Of a stretch of 27,373 nt of DNA, positions 1-9,319 are shown in pieces. The stretch spans positions 20,941,674 through 20,969,046 of the forward strand of contig NC_057749.1 of NCBI RefSeq assembly GCF_004010195.1, read 5' to 3'. The notes under the pieces were generated by a model. The model saw only the letters and a program-made list of their open reading frames with translations, was not told the origin of the DNA and searched no databases. Made by a program: the position numbers and the translations under genes. The DNA is from Chiloscyllium plagiosum (taxonomy: Eukaryota). Each line of letters opens with the position of its first letter. Positions within the stretch are counted from its first letter, which is position 1.

Positions 1-1346
1 TGCTGCTCCCCCTAGCCAAGCTGTTCCAACACAGCTACAACACTGGCATCTACTTGAGATTTCGGGAACTTACCCAGGTAGTTCCTGTACAGATAAAACA
101 GGACAAATCTGACCCGGCCAATTGTTGCCCCATCAATGTACTCCTGATCATCAATAAAATGATGGAAGGTCTCATCAACAGTGCTATCACTGCTCAGCAA
201 TAAACTGCTCAGTGACGCCACATTTGGGTCCCTCCAGAGCCACTTGCCTGGATGGGTGCAGTTCCCGCAACATTCAATTTCTTCCAACCTTGGTTCAAAC
301 ATGGATAAAAGGAATGAATTCCATTGGTGAGATGAGAATGACAACCCATGACATCAAGGCTGCGTAAAACTGAGGGTGGCATCAAGGAGCCCTAGTAAAA
401 CCGAAATCAATGGGTATCAGAGGGCAAATTTTCTGGTGGTTGAAGTTATATCTGGCACATAGGAAGATGGTCATGATTGTTGGAGGTTAGTCATCTAAGC
501 TCCAGGATATCCCTGCAGGAGTTCCTTAGGGTAGTGTCCTAGGCCCATCTTCTGTTGCGCATCAATAACCTTCCCTCCAGCATGAGGTCAGAAATGGGGA
601 TGTTTGCCATTGATTGCACAGTGTTTAGCACCATGATCAAATGTACAAGAACTGGACAATCTCCAGGTTTGGGCTGACAAGTGGCAAGTAACATTCGTGC
701 CACACGAGTACCAGGTAATGACCATCTCCAACAAGAGAGAATCTAACCACCATCCCGTGACAGACAAAGGCATTACTATCATTGAAGCACACTCTGTCAA
801 CAACCTGAGGATCACCATTGATGAAAACTGAACTGGACTAGTCATATTAATGCAGTGGCTGCAAGAGCAGGTCAGAGGCTAGGAATACTGCTGCGAGTAA
901 GTCATCTCCTGACTCCCCAAAGCCTGTCCACAATCTACAAGGCACAAGTCAGGAGAGTGATGGAATACTCTCCACTTGCCTGGATGGGTGCAGTTCCCGC
1001 AACATTCAAGAGCTTGACACCATCCACTTCCTCCACCATCAACGCAGTGTGTACTATCTTCAAGATACACTGTGGAAATTCACCAAAGATCCTGAGACAG
1101 CACCTTCCAAACTCACGACCACTTCCATCTAGAAGTAAATGAGCAACAGATACACATGGGAACGCCACCCCCTGCAAGTTCTCTTCCAAGCCACTGACCA
1201 TCCTGACTTGGAAATATATTGCCATTCCTTCACTGTCACTGTCAAAATCATGGACTTCCCTCCCTCAGGACAATGTGGCCAACCTACAGCATGTGGACTG
1301 CAGTGATTCACCATCTCCTTCTCAATGACAATTAGAGATGGACAAT
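1..1346 (+). mobile_element. Decayed non-LTR retrotransposon (CR1/L2-group, distinct from the other CR1 copies here): RT region to 3' end
   Basis: Broken RT motifs: HDIKAA..WHQG (~347-389), GVP*GSVLGP (~518-547), MFA/DC (~600-617), AARAGQRLGIL..IYKAQVRRVMEYSPLAWMGA (855-992); stops and frameshifts. Confidence 0.85.
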
Positions 1347-1630
1347 TAGGATAATTGTTATGGGGGACTTTAACTTTACAAATATTGACTGGAAATACTA
1401 CAGTTCAAGTACTTGGGATGGGTCAGTTTTTGTCCAATATGTGCAGGATGGTTTCCTGACATATTATGTAGACAAGCCAACAAGGGGCGAGGCCACATTG
1501 GATTTGGTACTGGGAAATGAACCCGGCCAGGTGTTAGATTTGGAGATAGGTGAGCACTTTGGTGATAGTGACCACAATTTGGTTATGTTTACTTTCGCGA
1601 TGGAAAGGGATAGGTATATACCGCAGGGCA
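1347..1630 (+). mobile_element. CR1 LINE ORF2 apurinic-endonuclease fragment
   Basis: MGDFNFTNIDW...PTRGEATLDLVLGNEPGQV...GDSDH APE motifs in ORF 1360-1791. Confidence 0.9.
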
Positions 1631-1639
1631 ACACTGACA

Positions 1640-1960
1640 CCGTTCATTGGATGTGGGTGATGTTGGCCAGTCCAGCATTTTATTGCCCGTCTCTCATTAC
1701 CCAGAGGGTAGTTAAAACTCGACTGCATTGCTGCAGATCTGGAGTGACTTGTAGGCCAGACTGGGTAAGAATGATAGTTTTCCTTCCCTAAAGGACATTA
1801 GTGAACCAGCTGAGTTTTAATGACAATTGATAATGGTTACATGGTTATCATTGGGTAGCTTTTAATTCCAGATGTTTTAGTCAACTTAAAATTTCACTGT
1901 CTGCTGTGGTGGCATTCTCTCTTGTTGGAGATGGTCATTGCCTGGTTCCCATAAACACAT
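1640..1960 (-). mobile_element. tRNA-derived SINE (non-HE1 family), body and tail, head truncated
   Basis: Minus strand reads GGTTCACTAATGTCCTTTAGGGAAGGAAA...CTGGCCTACAAGTCACTCCAG and a tail (GGGTAATGAGAGACGGGCAAT) resembling the LINE 3' end at 1327-1346; family recalled, not searched. Confidence 0.7.
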
Positions 1961-2164
1961 GTCTATCAAAGGCCTTTCCAGTTATAATGCAATCCTGGTG
2001 AGTCAAAACCCATCCCATTAATTTGCCAATCCTATGACTATGGAATCCCTTCCCAATCAATTGCCAGGCACAGTGTATTTCCAAGAAATCAAACAAGGAA
2101 ATTCAGAAGACGTTGCTGATAAAGGACGGACATACTGTCAAAGTTTCTTGCCTTGCACCTATCA

Positions 2165-2335
2165 GAATGGAATCACAAAAGTACCAAATATCTTGTCCAG
2201 GAAAGTGGTGAGGAAGTGGGATTCGCTACCTTGAGGAATGATCAAGATGAGGGAAGGATGGCAGAAGGTTTGAGCAGAGTACCGGATAGTTGGGCTGAAA
2301 GACCTATCTCTATTGTTCTTATTCTGTGTAATGCT
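2165..2335 (+). mobile_element. Highly decayed CR1 3'-end fragment
   Basis: RKVVRKWDSLP (cf. QRVV..WNSLP of CR1 ORF2 end) followed by GGGCTGAAAGACCT tail motif. Confidence 0.5.
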
Positions 2336-2424
2336 ATTTAACTGTTCCTATTGACCATCCAATTCTAGTGCATAAAGTCTTTATATTCATTATCTAAACT
2401 CACTGTCTTAAAACCCATCCCATT

Positions 2425-2699
2425 CACAGTGACTCAGTGGTTAGCACTGCTGCCTCACAGTGCCAGAGACCCAAGTGTCTGTGTGGAGTTTTTGCACATT
2501 CTCCCGTGTCTGCGTGAGTTTCCGCTGAGTGCTCTGGTTTCTTCCCACAATCTAAAGATATGCAGATTAGGTGGATGGGCCATGGGAAATGCAGAGATAG
2601 GGTAAGGGGTTGGATCTGAGTGGGAATGCTCTTCAGAGGGTCATTGTGGACTTGATGGGCTGAATGGTCTGTTTCCACATTGTAGGGATTCTATGATTC
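2425..2699 (+). mobile_element. HE1-like V-SINE
   Basis: tRNA-like head CAGTGGTTAGCACTGCTGCCTCACAG, V-domain TGTGTGGAGTTT..CACATTCTCCCGTGTCTGCGTG, CR1-like tail GGGCTGAATGG..GATTCTATGATTC; homologous to 19918, 24744, 26235 copies. Confidence 0.9.
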
Positions 2700-2879
2700 A
2701 GTTTCCAGTCATAGTGAAGTTTGTGAATTTACTATAAAATTCCATCTCCAACTATAAAGCCCAGTTTTTCAACCCTCACATAATTGGGTAAAGAGTTTCA
2801 CTTTTACATATCTGTCTCATTTATTGTAGCTTCCTTCACATTTAAAACTATAAGAAAATTTAAACACACAGCATGGGTT

Positions 2880-3380
2880 CTTTACATAATAAATAAGCTG
2901 CATTTGAGCATTTCAGTTTATCAACTCTGTTCCTGTCACTTTGCTGCTTCATAACTTAAAATGGAGAAAGATTGGATGAACAATGAAACATTCAAGTGAA
3001 TAAATCACATTAATCTTTGAGTAGTTGCTATAAAGCCATAGTGATTTTAATCTAACCTTGCCTCCGTTCAAATAGCTGTGGGGTGCTGCTATCAAATTTA
3101 CCTTTGCTGTATTTGCCATTCAGTGTAAACAATTGACAACAAAGCCTACCAGTATTCCGCAGGATAATTGGTAAAATATTAAATAAATGCTTTAAATCTG
3201 TCATCACAATAAAGGTTAGATTTCAGAATTGACATAACGTGCCAATTACCCTGTCATTGATTTACTTCTGCTGTAAAATAATTGTTTTTGGTTTAAGGCC
3301 AATCCTGTTTGGAGCCAACTGGTATTACACGACGTCAGCTTTGATGATAAATCTAATTTCCAGCTTCTTTAAATCAGACT
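2880..3380. promoter_or_regulatory. Candidate conserved non-coding element / developmental enhancer
   Basis: Repeat-free AT-rich block with CTGTCA (2933, 3198, 3251), TGATTTAC (3258), TGATAAAT (3345), GTAAACAA (3125), TAATTG motifs; conservation not tested. Confidence 0.35.
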
Positions 3381-3542
3381 CCATATGTTGAAATATACAT
3401 ACACATCTAGTCATGTAGGAAAGTGAATGGGATATTTCTCTAAACTCTATCACATGTAATATGAACTCTAGGATCACTGAACATAATCCCTGTGTGATCG
3501 TGAACAGGTCAAAGCTCCCCATGGGATCAAGTTTCACTTAAA

Positions 3543-3670
3543 ATCATAGAACCCCCTATAATGCGGAAGCAGGCCATTCGGCCCAGTGAGTCCACACTGA
3601 CCCTCTGAAGAGCATCCCACCCTGACCCACTCTGTCCCTGCAACTAGGTTGGCATGGTGGCTCAGTGGTT
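3543..3670 (-). mobile_element. HE1-like SINE 3' tail (minus) joined to a short SINE head in opposite orientation
   Basis: 3543-3640 is the reverse complement of the 2425 SINE tail; 3651-3670 GGCATGGTGGCTCAGTGGTT is a plus-strand head. Confidence 0.7.
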
Positions 3671-4630
3671 GTCCTTCAGATTCCCTTTTATATTTTCCCT
3701 TCTAACCTTAAACTGATGCCCTCTAGTTCTCGATTCCTCAAACCTGGGGAAAAAAATCTGAGTGCATTCACCCTATCCAGGCCGCTCATGATCTTATACA
3801 CTTCTATAAGATCCCTCCTCAGTCTCCAAAGTCCTAAAGCAAAAAGTCCTAAGTTGTCCAACCTTTCCCAAAAACTCAGACCCTTGAGTCCTGGCAACAT
3901 CCTTGCAAATTTCCTCTACACTCTTTCCAGTTTAATAACATCCTTCCTATAACAAGGTGACCAAAACTGAACACAATACTCCAAGTGCGACCTCACCAAT
4001 GCCCTACAATATAGCTTCTCAACGTCTATACTCAATGCCCTGACTGATGAAGGCCAGTGTGCCAAAAGCCTCCTTCACTGCCCTGTCTACCTGTGACCCC
4101 ACTTTCAGAGAACTGTGCTCCTGAACGCCAAGATCCCTCTGTTCCACTACACTCCTTAAGGCCCAACCATTCACCATGAAACTCCTACCTTGATTTGACT
4201 TTCCAAAATGCAAGACCTCACACTTATCTATATTAAACTCCATTTGCCATTTCTCAGCCCACTCCCTCAGTTGATCAAGGTCCTGCTACAATTTCTGATA
4301 ATCTTCCTCACTGTCCATGACACTATTTTAGTGTCATCTGCAAACTTGCTAATCATGCCTTGCACATTCCATCCAAATCATTGATATAGATATCAAACAG
4401 CAACCCCTGAGGGACACCACTAGTCATAGGCCTCCAGTCTGACCAGCATCCTTCCATTATTACCCATTCTACCATCAAGACAATTGTGTATCCAATTTGC
4501 CAGCTACCCCTGGATTCCATGCAATCTAACCTTCCAGAGCAGCCTTCCAGATGGAACCTTCTCAAAGGCCTTACTGAAATCCACATGGACTACGTCTATC
4601 TCCTTGCCCTCATCAACCTTCCTGGTCACA
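3671..4630 (-). mobile_element. CR1 LINE RT fragment
   Basis: Minus ORFs: SGVPQG..DIYINDLD, MEFNIDKCEVLHFG, RLRRDLIEVYKIM. Confidence 0.92.
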
Positions 4631-5019
4631 ACCAAGTGACTTTCCAGCATCAAAATCTACCCTGAATTCTTTTCCCTGAGTTTTTTTCATTTAACCACCA
4701 CCAGTAATAAACTATGTAGCCAATTAAATATTTACAACCAAAGTCCATTATGGCTAATGCGAGCCATCAAAGTGAGAGGGAGGGAGGAAAGAAGGCTAAA
4801 GCGAAACAGAGTTGGAGGGAAAATAAAGCACTGTATCCCCAGTGGTGCCCATCTTTCTCTAAAGGCATCAAGAGTGAAGTCTTGTTTCAATATTCCAATA
4901 GGTATGCTCAGAAGTGATCTCCGTTGTATGTGCCTTGTTATTTTTATTTATTTGATTAAATTAAAACAAAGAACTTAAGGAGTGTAGTGGTTCAGAGGGA
5001 CCTTCTTTAGACCTTTAGT

Positions 5020-5072
5020 CTCCACAGATGCTGCTTGACCCGCAGAGTTTCTCCAGAATTGTCTGTGTTTGT
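5020..5072 (+). repeat. Decayed Penelope-type terminal repeat remnant
   Basis: CTCCACAGATGCTGCTTGACCCGCAGAGTTTCTCCAG similar to GATGCTGCCTGACCTGCTG..TTTCCAGC at 21725-21755. Confidence 0.55.
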
Positions 5073-5140
5073 CCCTAGAACACTACCCTGGAGTTCTGGA
5101 TTATTAGGTGAATGCTATTACGCTATATCACTGCCTCCCC
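5073..5140 (-). mobile_element. tRNA-like SINE head fragment
   Basis: Minus strand GGGGAGGCAGTGATATAGCGTAATAGCATT...AATCCAGAACTCCAGGG, a degenerate tRNA/A-box-like head. Confidence 0.45.
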
Positions 5141-5301
5141 GAGCTGCATGATAGCAGCTAGGTACAGGTTACATTAATGTGAGAGACATCAGTACATTTG
5201 GTCTCACCCTCCAGAATACTATGCTCTTCATCCCCCAAAGTCAGTATATCATCACCAGAGTGGGCAGTGCCGAATGTACTTCTTAGTGTTAGCCCTTTCA
5301 G

Positions 5302-5431
5302 ATCCTTGCACCCTCACAGAACAACCTGCATGTGTTTGGAATGAGCCTGAGATGTAAGTATTGCGGTGATCCCAACTGCCTCTCGCATTGTTATATCTGT
5401 GTCTATGGCCATGGATTATGGACATCCTCAG
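5302..5431 (+). CDS. Putative internal (penultimate) coding exon of an unidentified host gene: (ILAPSQ)NNLHVFGMSLRCKYCGDPNCLSHCYICVYGHGLWTSS-G
   Basis: Acceptor ccctttcag|A at 5301 or in-frame ccctcacag|A at 5319; strong donor CAG|GTAGGT at 5431; only one frame open across it; ends phase 1, matching the next exon. An alternative donor GAT|GTAAGT at 5353 is also phase 1. Confidence 0.6.
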
Positions 5432-5856
5432 GTAGGTACACTTCAGTCTAAAACTCTACAGCTAACAAGGTGTAGGATATGCGTGTGTACGTGTGCTGTG
5501 GGTTTCACCTTCAGCACGGGTCTCGGGAGTCAGGGACATTTTCCAGATTCATCCAAGCTGCCTGGGGAGAGTGTGCCCACAGAAAATAGGATTCTCATTG
5601 CTGAGGACATGGGAACGAGGGCCGGCTGTGTCAGAAAACAGGGTTGGAGGAGGGAGCTGAAGAGGCTGCTGGGTGACAAAATGGTCTGTTTAAAAGGACC
5701 AACTCATGGCTTCTGGTCTTCTCCCAGTTATAACAAAAGGGAGGCAGTCTCAAAACAGAAAATGCTGCTGATGCTCAGTGACACTGGCAGCACCTGTGGG
5801 GAGAGCTTGTTAGTTTCATTAGAACGTGGTCAGGCACTGGGAATGAAACAATGATA

Positions 5857-6265
5857 AATTGTCTTTACATAGCTCCCCAAAATATGGTAAAATGTGCCAA
5901 GGTGCTTCGAGGGGGCTTTGACCCTGATCCATATAATGAGACATCAGGGCAGATAAGCAGCCACTCTTTTTAAGGGGTTGGTTTACAATGCAGAGTTACA
6001 CTGACAGCGTAGGTTCAATTCCCACACCCAGCTGAGGTTACTGTGGAAGTCCTACCTTCTCAATCATACCAATCACCCTGAGGCACTACGGCCATCAGGT
6101 TAAAATCTTAGTCAGTCATCTGTCAATGGAAGAGTAGGACCATGGTGACCTTATCTTTAAGGAACAACTTAGGGGACAGATTCCAGAGCTTTGAGCCAGG
6201 GTGAGTAAGGCTACCAACAGCAGAGTGATTAAAATTCAAGAGGCCTGAAATAGAGAGGTACCAGA
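5857..6265 (-). mobile_element. Decayed L2-like LINE 3' fragment with a nested plus-strand tRNA-SINE (~5975-6158), in the predicted intron
   Basis: B-box GGTTCAATTCC at 6012 within a SINE-like block; flanks resemble an L2-type 3' end (recalled consensus). Confidence 0.45.
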
Positions 6266-6401
6266 TTGTGGTTGTACCTGTTTAGTCTCGATCCTGGGAT
6301 GATGATCTTTGACTGACAAACTGATGTAGACCCCACTTTCTGTCTTTCTTCCTTCTCTCTTGAACTGTAAAAGTTATTGCACTATTTCTGACTTATTCCA
6401 G

Positions 6402-6472
6402 GCGATGAGGCTTTGCGTCATCGAGTCAGTCAGCGAGTGATGAGTACTTTCTCTAATCCTTTTAGAAAGTGA
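6402..6472 (+). CDS. Putative terminal coding exon: (G)DEALRHRVSQRVMSTFSNPFRK*
   Basis: Acceptor ctatttctgacttattccag|GC with upstream pyrimidine tract (6337-6361); 4 CpGs within ~35 nt in CpG-poor flanks; phase 1 joins 5431; TGA at 6470-6472. Confidence 0.62.
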
Positions 6473-7353
6473 AAAAAAGCTCTATGATTATGTATGGCAT
6501 TTAGAAGACACAGCCTTTCGCTGGGAGCTTGAATTGATTGACACTGACAGATCAGCACAAAATACTCAAAACTGTCCTTCACCTTGTCTTGCAGCTTTCA
6601 CTACCCTCACCCCACCCTTCTCACCCACTTCCTCTCCCCTCAGTGATCCTTCTGTTACCTTCTGTTAGCTGAAACTGATCTGATAGTAATTGCATGGGGA
6701 CTGAAGCCTTGAGGTTGCCCTCACATTGCAGGCTCAATGAGATTTCTGGCTCTGAGTCACACACCCGGAGATTCAATTAAAAGGCAAGTTAGCCAGTGAC
6801 ACACACAACGCATCACCGCTAACTGCTTTCTATAATTGCATGTCAGAACCACTAATGCACTATTGCTGCCCAGCACTGAGGGCAGCAATGTCAAAACAGT
6901 TTTGCTCGTCATGGTGAAAGCAAGGAGATAAAGAAACACAGGGAGTGCTTGAGATGACTGGCAGGTCAGGATGTTCAATGAACTGTCTTTAACTCAAGCA
7001 CTAACTTATCTATCAGGTACTGACTGATCTGATGATCATTTGCAACATTTCTGTTTTTTTCAAAAGTTTTCTTGTGTGGAACTGGCCAGCACAAGGAATT
7101 GGCCGATAAATTGGATAAATAGTTTTAAGGGCACGTTAGATAATAAATAGATCCAGAGGAAGAAAAAAACACAGTTTAAAAAAACCCATTGAAACAGGGA
7201 AGTAGAAATGCTATGCTAGATTTCTATTTTCATGCAAGATGGATCAGACCAACATTTACCATTTTGAAATGTGACTGTGCTCTTTTCCTTTGAAGGATGT
7301 GTTGTCAGCGTTAAATGAAAAGGGATGACAGGAGAATTGTATGGAACATAAAT

Positions 7354-7716
7354 GTACTGAGGAATGGTCACTCGACCCAAAACATTAACTCTGATTTCTG
7401 TTAGCGAGTTTTGAGAAGATTTGGAGCTCAGGTAGAGGTTCTGGATGTAGGTTTGCTCGCTGAGCTGGAAGGTTTATTTTCACACATTTCGTCACCATTC
7501 TAGGTAACGTCTTCAGTGAGCTTCCAGACGAAGCACTGCTGATGATTCCTGCTTTCTATTTATATGTTTGGGTTGGTGATCATTTCCTATGGTGATGTTC
7601 TTTTCCTCAGGGGATTCTCTGATTTATCTCCAGGAAGTTAGCAGATCTGCTGAGCTTTTTCAGGAATTTTGTTTTTGTTTCTGATTTCCAGCACCTGCAG
7701 TTCTTTCAGTTTTTTT
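7354..7716 (+). mobile_element. Penelope-type terminal repeat (decayed hammerhead at 7357-7389), split by a second Penelope-like fragment
   Basis: CTGAGGA-A-TGGTC-ACTC-GACCC-AAAA-CATT-AAC, resuming after 7617 with GATCTGCTGAGCTTTTT..CTGATTTCCAGCACCTGCAG; CTCTGATTT duplicated at 7389-7397 and 7617-7625. Confidence 0.7.
7402..7616 (-). mobile_element. Penelope-like element terminal fragment of a second family, with hammerhead motif
   Basis: Minus strand UCA-CUGAAGA-C-GUUACC-UAGAAU-GGUGAC-GAAA-UGUG-UGA (7519-7480); flanked by 9-bp direct repeat. Confidence 0.65.
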
Positions 7717-7913
7717 AAATGCTGCCTGGGCTAGTAAAACCGTCCTGGTTTTACGCAATAAAATTTGATATAATTCATTCTTTTACTAATTACTTCGCTG
7801 TTGAATAAACCCCACAATCCTGCCATTTCAAGCATTAACTTTGTGTGTGGATCAGGAACAGAAACTGATGGAGGAAGGAATGTATTTCCACCTTTAGCTT
7901 CCTGTGGCAGCAT

Positions 7914-8541
7914 TGTTATGGACCAGCCCAGACCCCCCTCAAAACATTTCAAGAAAGTAGCCCAGACCCTAACATTGTTAGTTGTTTTAAGCAGGTGTAA
8001 AGTGGATATTCCAGGGGAGATGCAGCTGGTCAAACCATTTAGATTTAAACAAATCAGAATTTATCTACAAGATTACCGACTGAACCACAAAAGAGAACAG
8101 AATGCAGAATAACTTAACCTGTCTGAAAGCCCAACAGATTATCCCAACTTAATGATGCTGTTCCCAATACTTGCAACAATCCCCATAAACATCCCTTTGC
8201 ACAAAATCAAACACAGGTTCTTACAGGAGAGATGTCAGAGAGAGAGGAGGATCAGCATGGACCTGCTTCTTTCAGGTCCAACAGCTTTTTCATACGACTG
8301 CCAAAAACCAAACCAAGCCAGAGAAAAGCTGAGCTGGGAGGACTGGCCACTCCCCTTTCAATGCGCAAGGGTTTTTTTTTTCAAAAACCGGAAAGCCTTT
8401 TTCCTGTGGCAGTATCTGTTAGCTATAATCAAACTTGCCCTAAAACCCCTCAATTTAGACTTTTCAGAGTCTTTGTCTTTTACAACCTCTCTGAAACAAA
8501 CACAAGGACAATATAACCTTGTTAAAGGAGCATTTGTTACA
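7914..8541. mobile_element. Solo LTR (Gypsy-like), 628 bp
   Basis: Begins TGTTA, ends TTACA; flanked by identical 4-bp GCAT (7910-7913, 8542-8545). Confidence 0.8.
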
Positions 8542-8659
8542 GCATCGAGTGCACTACATCCACATCAGAGGTCCTCACTATGTGTAGCAGATACTTTTCA
8601 GAAAAATGCAGCCAAAATTATAAACAGAAAGCAAGGATTTATTGCAACAAAGTTTAACA

Positions 8660-9088
8660 AAGGTTAATTCCTGGATATGTAACATGACATTTGAAGAGAG
8701 GTTGGCTCAGTTAGGACTATGTGTGCTGGAATTTAGAAGAATAGGAGGCAATCTCATAGAAACCTATAAAATTCTAACAGGATTAGGCAAGATAAATGCA
8801 GGAAGGGTGTTCCTGATGACCAGGGAATCCAGAACCAGGGAGTGGCTTTTTAAGGATATGGGGTAAGCCATTTAAATCTGACGTGAGGAGAAATGACTTC
8901 ACCCAGAGAGTGGGGAGCCTGTGGAATTCCCTGCCACTGAAAGTTGAGGCCAAAACATTGAATGTTTTCAAGAAGGAGTTAGATATAGTTCTTAGAGCTA
9001 AAGGGATCAAAGGGTCTGGGGGACAGGAGACTGAGATGATCAGCCAAGATTACACTGAATGGCAGAGCAGGCTTGGAGGGCTGAATGG
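8660..9088 (+). mobile_element. CR1 3' fragment
   Basis: FEERLAQLGL..LEFRRIGGNLIETYKIL; FTQRVGSLWNSLP; GGAGGGCTGAATGG tail. Confidence 0.88.
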
Positions 9089-9119
9089 TGGGAAAACTAA
9101 AGGTATGGAGTGGCTGAGA

Positions 9120-9303
9120 AGCTGAAAAGTTGATGTTTCGAGCATATGTTCTTCATCAGGACTGTGGGCACATTCTCGATTAAGAGCTTATGCTCGAAAC
9201 CTTGACTTTCCTGCTCCTCGGATGCGGCCTGACCGGCTGTGCTTTTCCAGTGCCACATGTTTTGACTCTGATCTCCAGCATCTGTAGTCCTCACTTTCTC
9301 CTA
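9120..9303. mobile_element. Penelope-type inverted terminal-repeat pair with hammerhead remnants
   Basis: 9125-9161 is inverted relative to 9173-9210; 9182-9302 closely matches 21686-21804; minus strand AGUC-CUGAUGA-A-GAAC-AUAU-GCUC-GAAA-CAUC-AACU. Confidence 0.75.
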
Positions 9304-9319
9304 AAGCTAGGGAGCACAA

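Larger units (their letters stand above)
7142..7850 (+). terminator. Candidate polyadenylation signals for the host gene
   Basis: AATAAA at 7142, 7757 and 7804; the last is followed ~30 nt later by GT-rich CTTTGTGTGTGG. Confidence 0.3.

Noticed and set aside
4865..4901. Possible 37-nt exon (ctctaaag|...ATAG|gtatgc) upstream of the 5302 exon
   Set aside because: The frame needed to join the long open frame of the next exon contains TGA
5366..5854. 162-aa ORF
   Set aside because: Non-ATG start, different frame from the spliced model, runs through a strong donor into intronic sequence, no recognisable domain
7734..7754. 8-bp hairpin GTAAAACC/GGTTTTAC before AATAAA
   Set aside because: Short and AT-rich; plausible by chance in 27 kb
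8152..8667. 171-aa ORF
   Set aside because: Lies mostly in the solo LTR and crosses its boundary; no protein motifs
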